Assembly: GCA_002269645.1 (NCBI GenBank)
Contig: NIVC01002652.1
Span: 1-64,000 of the forward strand
Source: Macrostomum lignano
Taxonomy: Eukaryota
Length of the DNA stretch: 64,000 bases
Direction of reading: 5' to 3'
Position 1 is the first letter of the stretch; the number at the start of each line of letters is the position of its first letter. A program made the position numbers and the translations under genes. Below the pieces are notes generated by a model, which was not told the DNA's origin, ran no database searches, and saw only the letters and a list, made by a program, of their open reading frames with translations. This document shows positions 1-12,600 of this stretch, piece after piece.

Positions 1-512
1 GGCGGGGAAAGGGTCGCTCTATCTTGTGTGTACATTCTATGGGTGAGGCGGGGAAAGGGTCGCTCTATCTTTGTGTACATTCTATGGGTGAGGCGGGGAA
101 AGGTCGCTCTATCTTGTGTGTACATTCTATGGGTGAGGCGGGGAAAGCGTCGCTCTATCTTGTGTGTACATTCTATGGTGAGCGCGGGGAAAGGGTCGCT
201 CTATCTTGTGTGTACATTCTATGGGTGAGGCGGGGAAAGGGTCGCTCTATCTTGTGTGTACATTCTATGGGTGAGGCGGGGAAAGGGTCGCTCTGTCTTG
301 TGTGTACATTCTATGGGTGAGGCGGCGGAAAGGGTCGCTCTATCTTGTGTGTACATTCTATGGGTGAGGCGGGGAAAGGTCGCTCTATCTTGTGTGTACA
401 TTCTATGGGTGATGTGGGAAAGGGGTCGCTCTATCTTGTGTGTACATTCTATGGGTGATGCGGGAGAGGGTCGCTCTATCTTGTGTGTACATTCTATGGG
501 TGATGCGGGAGA
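1..512. repeat. 46-bp minisatellite (CASK intron)
   Basis: Unit GGCGGGGAAAGGGTCGCTCTATCTTGTGTGTACATTCTATGGGTGA, about 11 copies. Confidence 0.95.
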
Positions 513-607
513 GCGTCGCTGTATCGTGTGCGTTCATTCTATTAGTGGTCTCTCATTTGAAGTACTACTTAATAATAATCCAACCACCACCCACCCAACC
601 ATACCAG

Positions 608-3600
608 TATGGACGGCGCGATCTCTGCTTTGAAATCGTGAAACGCGCAACCGCAGGATTCGTATTCAGCGAAAGTGTAGCAACGTAAGCTAACGTTTTT
701 TGTTAATAACTTGACAAAATCGATTTCAGAACAGGAAGCAGGTATAAGACAATTAATTTTCCTACCATTTTCAGGCACTACATGCGCCAGATACTTGAGG
801 CCATGCGCTACTGCCACGAGCACAATATTATCCATCGGGACTTGAAGCCGCACTGCGTTCTACTTCACTCTAAGGAAAACTCGGCGCCAGTTAAATTAGG
901 CGGCTTCGGTATTGCTGTGCAGCTAGGCGAAGACGGACTCGTGCCCGGAGGTGAGTCACGTGACTTTCATTGCGTGCATTCGATAGGAGGACGAGGGGTG
1001 AATCAGCTATCTTGAATGTACATTAGGGGGTAGAGAGTTTTACTATCATCTTGCACAGAAAAATAGCTTGAAATTCGTTCCTTCCTTTTACGAAATATAT
1101 ACTTTTAGCATCGTTATATAACTGTAAAAATTATGCATATTACGCGTCAAAATAATTGTCTTGCATGCGTATTTCTGTTTTCTTGCATTTACTGGTTGAG
1201 TCTCGAATTTTTGCCGCCTTTGTTTTTTATCCTTTAGAATTGCGCGTCTTGTCGAGCTGTAGTAGTATAGTCTCCCATTACTGCTCTTTCTCCTTGCAGC
1301 TGAACTTTATGAATTATTATTCTAAAGTACAGAAGAAAGTTGACCCGATGTACATTAGATACGTTCCTAATAACCTGTGGTTTGTTTAGTTTGGCAGTCT
1401 TGTCTGGAGTCCTGTTATTGTGTACCTGGGGTGCATTGATTTTTCTGATCCTCTAATCCTTTATGTAAGATTCCCCACCCGCAGATTCCCACCCGTCAGC
1501 TTCCCCACGCGCAGATTCCCCACCCATCAGATTCCCACCCATCAGATTCCCCATCCGTCAGATTCCCCACTCATCAGATTCCCTACCCATCAGATTCCCC
1601 ATCCGTCAGATTCCCCACCCGCAGATTCCCCACCCGTCAGAATTCCTACCCATCAGATTCCCCATCCGTCAGATTCCCACCCATCAGATTCCCCATCCCC
1701 GGGCAGATCATGTCGAGTCCTGACTGTTTCAGCCCAGCCGAATCTGATAATCCCCATGCGTTGCAGACGAGCCCGTGAATCTAGAGCAGGAGATATTTGT
1801 CAGCCTGAAATCCGGCCAGCTGGGTAAGGCTGTGTCGGACTTGCCAGCCTCCAAGCCTGACTGTTTTCTACCCAGCTTGTATCGGATTCAGCAATTGTTT
1901 TCAACTTCTGTTCTTTACCGTAATAGAATTCGCAAGATATCCCCCGGTGTCGGTTCGTGCTTAAATAGCCTTTGCTTTGGGCTGAACTGTTGTCCCCTAG
2001 AAGCTGATTGATTGACTGGAAGATTTTAACATTTCTCAGTTTTTTAAGCATAACTTTAATAACGATTGGTCTTTCTAACAAAATTTGGCTGGGTCAAATG
2101 TTATATTGATTTTTACTTAGTAAACTGCTGGGCATTGTTTGAAGCAAATTTTTGTTGCCTGCTTCTAATATTGTTTTAAATATTTTTATTTAAAAAATTT
2201 GACTAACAAATTAAAACTAACTGTAAAACATTTGCAAAAAATAGCATCGTTGTAAATTTGAATGTGATGGAGTGGATTCGAAAATTTAAAATTATATATA
2301 ATTTGATAATTATAATTATAATTAATAATTAAGTTAGTATATTTGAAGTCCAGAAAATAGAGATTTTCTATTCCAGACTTTAGTCACAAAAAACATTGCA
2401 AGTTCAAAAAGGCAAAGCAAAACTGATTAAATTTAACAGCTTTTTATAAAAAACTTACATGTGAAGTTTTTTTCGAAACCCAAGCATCCCAAAAAGTATT
2501 AATTTTAAACATTATAAATGAAATTTAGAAACACAAGTTTTGTAGTGAAACCTCAAACCTGGAAATCTTTAATAAAAAATCCGAACCCGGAAATTTTTAG
2601 CAAATTATCAAACCCGAAAAACCTTGGTGTAAAATTGCAAACCCGGAAATATTGAGTAAATAACTTAAACACGGAAAATTTAAATAAAGTTTCTTCAATG
2701 AAGTTTAAACAACACTGAAGTTTCTGACTAATTTTTTCCAGTATATTTTCATTAAATTGATGATCACCAAGTAAGTTTCATCCTTAAGAATAAGTTATTA
2801 GCTGTCTATATAACTGTCTGAAAAATTCAAACTACGCAAGTTACCTGTTTTAAGTTTACCTGCTGAACCCATAAACTTTAAAAATAACTTTTTAAAAATT
2901 GGATCATTTGCAACTTCCTAATTCCTAGCATATTTTCCAATCTTCCTATAGGAAAGCGTTGCGGAAGCCACAAGCCCTTTATTGAAGTCTATTTATTATT
3001 ACAGAAGAATTACGTTTCGTTGCGCTAAAAAGTCACGTATTTTCAGGTATAGAAGAGAAAAAAACAAAATGAATGAGCCAACTCCTGTTTTTAATCAATT
3101 CGAAGGCTAATAAACAGACTGTATGCACTTTTACAATTATCGTGTTTTTCTGCCCAAATTAAAAACTGGTTTCTCATCAATAACAAAATCCGACTGCTTA
3201 TAATTTTCCCCGAATATTTTGCAATACTCGTAAGTATTTTCGCATTTTTCTACTGAATCTAGCGACTAAGGAGTAGTATGGCGCGAACTGGTTGAACACG
3301 TGCAAGGTATTGATAACAATAATGAAAAGCATTACTAGTAGAGCGTACCTAAAATCACTAATTTATCGCATTAGAATCACAACGACAGTAGTAACTATTG
3401 TATTCGGCTTAATTTGTATGTGATTTTAGCGTAGCACTATCAAACACGACTTAATTATAAGGAGGGTAAACTTTGTTTCTTAGTTTCAAATCATTCAAGG
3501 CTGGTTGTCCAAAGTGAAAACTACTATTGTAAAGCTTTCTCTGTAAAAATAGTTATTCAGTAATTTTTTCTTTTCGGTAGAAATGTCCTGAGCCAGTAAA

Positions 3601-6600
3601 AACTCCAATTTTTGCGTAGGACTAGCGAGCGTTTAACGATTTTCTAAGAAACGAAGTTTACCATCCTACTTAAGTCGTTCTTGACTACTATATAGTAGGC
3701 AAATATGCGCATTTTGTCCCGTGCTACGCCCGTAGGCCGCATTGGCACGCCGCACTTCATGGCCCCGGAGGTTGTCCGGCGAGAGCCGTACGGCCGGCCA
3801 GCCGACGCTTGGGGCTGCGGCGTCCTGCTGTTCGTTTTGCTCAGCGGCTCCCTGCCGTTCTACGGCACCAAGGATGTCCTGTTTGAGCAGATCCTGTGCG
3901 GCAGGTACCGGGTGAGTAGCCTTTAGCTGGATATGCGCTCCTCTTTGACCTTCTGCCCAGCCTCTCTCAGCCCCTCTTTACTCATCCACGTCACTCTCCT
4001 CTCTCCTCCACCCATCTCCCTCTCCTTTCTCCACCCACCCCCCTCTCCTCTCTCCACCCATCTCCCTCTCCTCTCTCCACCCATCTCCCTCTCCTCACTC
4101 TACCCATCCCCCTCTCATATCCTTTCCGTCTCTCTGTCCTCTCTCCCTCCCATCTCCCTCTCCTCTTCCTCCATCTCCCTCTCTTGTCTCCTTCCATCTC
4201 ATTTTCCCCACTACTCTCTTTCAAATGGCCGTCCGTTAAAGGTATATTGATTACGTACACACCTTATCGCAACTTCGACTTCCAGATGAAGCCACGCGTG
4301 TGGAACCTGATTTCCGCGGAGGCCAAGGACCTGGTTAGCCGCCTGCTAGAGCTGGACCCGGAGCGCCGCCTGACTGTGGCCGAGGCACTCCGGCATCCTT
4401 GGATTAACGACAAAAGCCGCGTGCCCAAGCTGCACCTGAGCGAGACAGTGGAAGAGATGAAGAAATTCAATTCTAGACGGAAATTGAAAGGCGCCATCTT
4501 GGCCGCCGTGTCCAGCGCTAAATGGTCCAATTTCTATTACGACCCGGCCGTGTCTGCCCCACCTGAACCGGACCCGGCTGAGGATGACGTCACCTCAACA
4601 GGTGAGAAAAAAGATACTTTGATTGGCAAATTTCGTATAATAATGATAGAATACATGGGCCTACTCTTTATATGAATCGAAAATTCTAAAAATAGTAACA
4701 ATAATAAGTAATAAAATTGGCTGTTGACTGGACAGAAGAGAGGGTGGGTTAAGCGGCCGACTAGAGAATCGATAAAGCATCACCCGCCCCTCGCAGTAGC
4801 AATAAAATTGGCTGTTGACTGGACAGAAAAGAGGATGGGTTAAGCGGTAGACCAGAGAAAGAATCGATAAAGCGTCACCCACCCCGCGCAGTAGCAATAA
4901 AATGGTGTGTTGACTGGACAGAAAAGAGGAAGGGTTAAGCGGTCGACCAGAGAATCGATAAAGCGTCACCCACCCCGCGCAGTAGCAATAAAATGGTGTT
5001 GACTGGACAGAAAAGAGGAAGGGTTAAGCGGTCGACCAGAGAATCGATAAAGCGTCACCCACCCCGCGCAGTAGCAATAAAATGGTGTTGACTGGACAGA
5101 AAAGAGGAAGGGTTAAGCGGTCGACCAGAGAATCGATAAAGCGTCACCTACCCGACGCAGTAGCAATAAAAGGAGGTGTTGACTAGACAGAAGAGAGGGA
5201 TGGGTTAAGCGGTAGACCAGAGAAAGAATCGATAAAGCGTCACCGACACCACGCAGAGCGGATACTTTGGCTCTCCCATTCTGTCTCAATTAAGCTAATT
5301 TCGCCTACTATTAGTAGGCTATGAGAGTGCCTCCTTCCGAGCGTCATACATAACGTTGGCTTGATGCAGCGATAGAGTTTTTATCCAATCAAATCCCGTA
5401 TAGCCCGACCATAGCCAATATCATGCCATGCTACTAGTATAAATTTAACGTTAGTTTTCGTAAAAAAAAACGACCGCTCCATACTGAAGCAACTGACACT
5501 CCCTAGACGGGATCGTTACGCGTATTTCTAAATAGTTTTTAAGCCGAGTTGATTATGCAACATAACTACTGTCCGTACCGGTCTCGGGTTCCCGCGCTCA
5601 ATTGTAAGCTGTCGATTTCTGAACTCTATTTTTTAAGTGAGCTTACTGGATTTGATAGTCTAGTTCTCGATTTGAGTGTATTTTCATGTTATTAGTTACA
5701 ATCATCATGCTAGTTACTGACAATCATCATGCTAGTTACTGACAATAATCATGCTAGTTACAGATAATCATCATGCTAGTTACTGACAATAATCATGCTA
5801 GTTACTGACAATCATCATGCTAGTTACTGACAATCATCACGCTAGTTACTGATAATCATCATGCTAGTTACTGATAATCATCATGCTAGTTACTGACAAT
5901 CATCATGCTAGTTACTGACAATCATCACGCTAGTTACTGATAATCATCATGCTAGTTATTGACAACCATCACGCTAGTTACTGACAATCATCACGCTAGT
6001 TACTGATAATCATCATGCTAGTTACTGACAATAATCATGCTAGTTACTGACAATCATCATGCTAGTTACTGACAATAATCATGCTAGTTACTGATAATCA
6101 TCATGCTAGTTACTGACAATAATCATGCTAGTTACTGATAATCATCATGCTAGTTACTGACAATAATCATGCTAGTTACAGATAATCATCATGCTAGTTA
6201 CTGACAATCATCATGCTAGTTACTGACAATCATCATGCTAGTTATTGACAACCATCACGCTAGTTACTGACAATCATCACGCTAGTTACTGATAATCATC
6301 ATGCTAGTTATTGACAACCATCACGCTAGTTACTGACAATCATCATGCTAGTTACTGACAATCATCATGCTAGTTATTGACAACCATCACGCTAGTTACT
6401 GACAATCATCACGCTAGTTACTGATAATCATCATGCTAGTTATTGACAACCATCACGCTAGTTACTGACAATCATCATGCTAGTTACTGACAATCATCAT
6501 GCTAGTTACTGACAATAATCATGCTAGTTACTGACAATCATCATGCTAGTTACTGACAATCATCATGCTAGTTACTGATAATCATCATGCTAGTTACTGA

Positions 6601-9600
6601 CAACTGTCATATCAGTTCATGACTATAAATCTAAACAAATTTACATTTGATGACACTTCTCAGACTCAGTCAAGTTAGTCAGTTGTTTTGCAAGCCTTGA
6701 CTTACAAACATGTCTCACTGCAGTATTTTTGCTATGACGTGACTGACTCTCTGCTCTGCCCAGATTGCATATCCGGCATACCCCTGGAGAGTTCCCCTTG
6801 AGCCTTGATTTTATCCATCCATGCAACAACTTGTTCGCTGAGAGTTTCGAGATCAAATAGTCATTATCCGCCCTCTCCATCGGCAGTCAGCACCAGTGTC
6901 CCTAAAATATCCCATCTGCCGAGCGGCTAGGACAGGATCCCCTATGAATGCAATCCTCATCCGTTTTGCCGGGCTTATCATCATGTCTTACCAATCCATT
7001 CTGCATGGGATTATTTCATAACTGGGAAGAACGGATGGCAAAGCTTGTCCCCAAAACTGGGATAGCTTTGATGCCTGTTTTTCTAGCGAATTGGCTAGCG
7101 AGCTCGCCCGCAGCCACTCTTCAGCAACTTCCCGAAACTGTCGGGGAAAAAACTTGCTTAATTTTTTCAACTGAATTTATTTCTCACAATGCCAGTCTCT
7201 CAGATCCTCAGTTGCTGGGCCAGTCTCTCAGATCCTCAGTTGCTGGGCCAGCCTCCCAGATCCCCAGTTGCTGGGCCAGCCTCCCAGAGTGTCAGTTGCT
7301 GGGCCAGCCTCCCAGATCCCCAGTTGCTGGGCCAGCCTCCCAGATCCTCAGTTGCTGAGCCAGCCTCCCAGATCCCCAGTTGCTGGGCCAGTCTCTCAGA
7401 TCCTCAACTGCTGAGCCAGCCTCCCAGATCCTCAGTTGCTGAGCCAGCCTCCCAGATCCTCAGTTGCTAGACCAGCCTCCCAGATCCTCAGTTGCTGAGC
7501 CAGCCTCCCAGATCCTCAGTTGCTAGACCAGCCTCCCAGATGCTCAGTTGCTGGGCCAGCCTCCCAGATCCTCAGTTGCTGGGCCAGCCTCCCAGATCCT
7601 CAGTTGCTGAGCCAGCCTCCCAGATGCTCAGTTGCTGGGCCAGCCTCCCAGATCCTCAGTCACTGGGCCACAGCCAGCCTCCCACATGCCAAGGCTGTGC
7701 CGTAACCCTCTTAAGTCCCCAGCTACAATATCGACTTTGCGCTGAAACCCCGCACCGCAGCCGTGTCGGCCGTGTTGGACAGCCTAGAAGAGATTCAGTG
7801 CCTGACGGAGTGCACGGAGCAGGACAGAGACCTGCTGCAGGCGGTGTTCCAGGACGACACTCTGCACTCTCTTCTAGAGGTAGGGCTCTCTAGCACACAG
7901 TTTTATTCCATTATCCTGACGCTAGCAACGCTTCTCACCCTGTTCATCCCACAGCTGTACGACCACATCAACTGTCGCAGCCTGGGCGGCACCATCCGCG
8001 GCCAGATTCCCGACGACGCTGTCGACCGGGCGCGCGACGTTCTGGCCAGCCTGGCCGCCGACTGCAGGTCGCGCGACTTCCTGGCCGACTGCGCCGAGCT
8101 GAGAGCCATCGTCACTCAGCCGCACTTCCGGGTATAAGAGGAGGATTAAGGTTGCTTTCGCGAACCGGAAGTAGTTGAGAATAGACCGGAAGCTTTTGTG
8201 GAGTGCAGCGTTTTTGCCTTTAGTCTTAAGAATGCAGGGCAGAGCAGCTCAAGCCATTAACGCGTCCAGCTCGCGCACCAATGATCCCGAGTTCGATTCC
8301 AAGGGTGGCCACACTATTTTGGGGCTTTTACGTTTCATTGATTTCCAGGAACCGGAAGTGCGTTTTGAATATGTAGGACAGAAACCGGAAGTCCGTTTTG
8401 AATATGTAGGACAGAAACCGGAAGTGCGTTTTGAATATGTAGGACAGAAACCGGAAGTGCGTTTTGAATATGTAGGACAGAAACCGGAAGTGCGTTTTGA
8501 GGATTTAGGACAGAAACCGGAAGTGCGTTTTGAGGATGTAGGACAGAAACCGGAAGTGTGTTTTGAATATGTAGGACAAAAACCGGAAGTGCGTTTTGAG
8601 GATGTAGGACAGAAACCGGAAGTGTGTTTTGAATATGTAGGACAAAAACCGGAAGTGCGTTTTGAGGATGTAGGACAGAAACCGGAAGTGTGTTTTGAAT
8701 ATGTAGGACAAAAACCGGAAGTGCGTTTTGAGGATGTAGGACAGAAACCGGAAGTGCGTTTTGAGGATGTAGGACAGAAACCGGAAGTACGTTTTGAATA
8801 TGTAGGACAAAAACCGGAAGTGCGTTTTGAGGATGTAGGACAGAAACCGGAAGTGCGTTTTGAATATGTAGGACAGAAACCGGAAGTGCGTTTTGAATAT
8901 GTAGGACAGAAACCGGAAGTGCGTTTTGAGGATGTAGGACAATAGCCAGAAGCGTTGAACTCGAATATTTTTTCAGTAATCGCTGATTCGCGATTTGCAC
9001 TAATAATATTTGAACGCAGGCACTGCTGCAAGCGCACGACGTTCTCGCCCACGACGTCTACAGCGAGCAGGCCATCCGCGTGACCCCGCCGCCCATCTCC
9101 TCCTACCTCAACGGCGAGGCAGACGACTGCATGGACACCGAGCTGGACAATGTCACCCGCGTGCGCCTGGTTCAGTTTCAGAAGAACACCAACGAACCTA
9201 TGGTGATGACTGCTCTGCTTTATCTGTTTGTTCACTCCCTGACCCACCAGTTTGCTCACTCCCTGACCCACCAGTTTGTTCACTCCCTGACCCACCAGTT
9301 TGTTCACTCCCTGACCCACCAGTTTGTTCACTCCCTGACCCACCAGTTTGTTCACTCCCTGACCCACCAGTTTGTTCACTCCCTGACCCACCAGTTTGTT
9401 CACTCCCTGACCCACCAGTTTGCTCACTCCCTGACCCACCAGTTTGTTCACTCCCTGACCCATCAGTTTGCTCACTCCCTGACCCACCAGTTTGTTCACT
9501 CCCTGACCCACCAGTTTGCTCACTCCCTGACCCACCAGTTTGCTCACTCCGAAAGCATCTGCTGCCACCCGCAGGGCATCACTCTGAAAATGTCGGACGA

Positions 9601-12600
9601 TGGCAAAATAATCGTGGCCAGAATTATGCACGGCGGCATGATTCACAGACAGGGTAAGCTTGGAGCATATTGTACTTTTATCGTGCATTGTAATTTTGTG
9701 CAAATTTAAATCTCAACATTTACTCTATCAGTGCTCACAGCCACAGTGGCTGACTTTTAATGACGATGCTAACCGCAGTCAATGCTACTTAACCTGCATT
9801 CAAGAAGACAGTCATTGTATCCAAGGATTACCTTCACCAGTTTGTAACCAGAATTTACAGGGGCAGATTAGCTCAAAGACTCTTGAGGCTCAAAGGTTTG
9901 CCAATCAGCAAGGCACGTGTACACCTCTGACAAATGAGAAAGTTAGGGCCGAACGCCGAATCCCGCAGGTACCCTACACGTTGGCGACGAAATTCGCGAG
10001 ATCAACGGAGAGCCTGTACTCGGCCAGTCTGTTGAAGCCCTTCAACGACTCCTGGTCAGTTGAAATTATCCATATTCAGTTTTTTCATATGTAGTGCAGT
10101 GTGTGTAGACCTCAACTTGCAAATCTACAAACTTACAAGGCTTAATAAAAACACTCAAAGTTTGGGCTGATGCGGTCATGCACTTACTCTATAGCACAGA
10201 TACTAGAATAACTAGATATGCCACTGGCAATGAAAGTTGTAAAAAAATTAGAGCGTCTACTCTCTTTCAGTAGTTTTTCTGCGCAAGACCGCCTAAATTT
10301 AATGTGGCAGCTAAAATTTCCTTTCCTTGTCGGGTTTCGCGGACTCAGCAATTATGTAACTCGATGTGCACAAGTAAACACAAGGTGGACGAAGCTGGGC
10401 AGGCCCAATCTAGCTCAGCCAATGAGAGAGCAGTAAGGAGAGAAGTCAAAATTAGACGGACGAAACTCAACCTAGGGGGACAGGGCCAATCTAGCTCAGC
10501 CAATGAGAGAGCAGTAAGGAGAGAGGGTCAAAATTAGACGGACGAAACTCAGCCTAAGGGGGACAGGGCCAATCTAGCTCAGCCAATGAGAGAGCAGTAA
10601 GGAGAGAGTTCAAAATTAGACGGACAAATCTTAGCCCAGGGGGCAGGCCCAATCTAGCTCAGCCAATGAGAGAGCAGTAAGCAGTAAGGTCAAAGTGAGA
10701 CAGGCACAAGCGGGTAAGAGGAAGCCTAACCGTTTATCGGCCTGGCGGGAGGGGCTGGAGCGCCACCTCTTTTCTCTCTTACCCGCTATGCAGACGTACT
10801 AGATTTTGTTTTTCAAATTTTCCTGCAATCTTCAGACTAATAAATTTAAATACGAGTACAAAATTCTTAATGTTACTATTATACAGGTAAAAGGCTCCAA
10901 TTTGCTACTGAAAAAAGAGTAGATGAGCGCATTTCGCGAGTAACATATCTAGCTATTCTGGTAGTCTATAGTAATAGCTCGTATTTTTATAACTACGTCG
11001 TACTAATTATTGGGCAAACAAAACGCTTTTTTGCTACTTTAAGTAGCATAATTTACACTATCTTTCTTGGTTGAATCGTCTATATATAAATTCGTGTTTG
11101 CGTGCATAAACTTTGACTGCCTGAGTGCTTCCGTCTTTATCAAAGTGTACAGCCTATCTTCCTAATATCAATAAGCTTATAGTTAATATGTAGATAATAA
11201 TTCATTCCTATTTTGTTATACCAATGCCCATGATAGTTCAGTTTTGTTATAATGAAACACAATTTTGAGCGTTATGCGATTTTAGATATATAGCAACTAA
11301 GCAAATCATTTAATATCCAGACTGGCTTTAATCCACTTGGTTTCCTTCATCAGTACTGTACTTATCATTGTTACTAAACTCTAAAAATGCTTATAAATGC
11401 CGACTCATTTTGCCTATTCTTTTCTTTGATGCCTTTGTACGTCAATATTCCCGTTTTAAACTCTTTGTGATGGTCTAAGACTCCGATTGATCAGTGATAA
11501 GAATTGAAGGCATGGGACTCTCTGATTGGTCAGTGATAAGAATTGAAGGCATGGGACTCTCTGATTGGCCAGTGAAAAGAATGAAATGGACTGGGACTCT
11601 CTGATTGGTCAGTGATAAGAATTGAAGGCATGGGACTCTCTGATTGGCCAGTGAAAAGAATGAAATGGACTGGGACTTTCTGATTGGTCAGTGATAAGAA
11701 TGGAAGGCATGGGATTCTCTGATTGATCAGTGATAAGAATTGAAGGCATGGGACTCTCTGATTGGCCAGTAAAAAGAATGAAATGGACTGGGACTTTCTG
11801 ATTGGTCAGTGATAAGAATTGAAGTCATGGGACTCTGATTGGTCAGTGATAAGAATGGAAGGTATTGACTCTCTGATTGGCCAGTGATAGGAATGAAATG
11901 GACTGGGATTCTCTGATTGGTCAGGGATAAGAATAGAATTGACTGGGACTCTCTGATTGGTCAGTGATAAGAATGGAAGGCATGGGATTCTCTGATTGGT
12001 CAGTGATAAGAATGAAATGGACTGGAACTCTCTGATTGGTCAGTGATAACAATTGAAGGCATGGGATTCTCTGATTGGTCAATGATAAGAATGAAATGGA
12101 CTGGAACTCTCTGATTTGTCAATGATAAGAATGCAAGGCTTTGCAAGGCCTTGATGGTCAGTGATAAGAATGCAAGGCCAATCTTTGATTGGTCAGGGAC
12201 ATGGAGGCAGGGCCCATTCTACAGTACATTAATGCAGAGAGAAGCGCAGACCGTGAGCTGAAGCTGGCGATTGCCGCTTTGCAGAAGTCTCTCCGCGGCA
12301 TGGTGACCATCAAAATTGTGCCGAACCTGTCCGTGAGCAGGAGCTCGCATCAGCTCTCAATGCTCAAGGAGGTAACAATTTGACGGGTGAAAATCATATT
12401 TTTATAGGAATCGATATAATTCAACATATTCGCCTAATTCGGGCATTTGGCCTACTTTAAGTAGTCTAATTTAGAAGAAATGTTTTAAAGAGCATGAATG
12501 CAGAGGCAAATCCGCGCATTGAGGATGCTGTCCGATTATTTTATGCATTTTACTAATGTGATCAGCGTCTCTCATGGATATGAATCTTCATTTGACTATT

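Noticed and set aside
775-4601. Stand-alone CaMKII/CaMKI kinase gene
   Set aside because: The GFG and KPHC substitutions and in-frame splicing to L27-PDZ-SH3-GK exons identify CASK.
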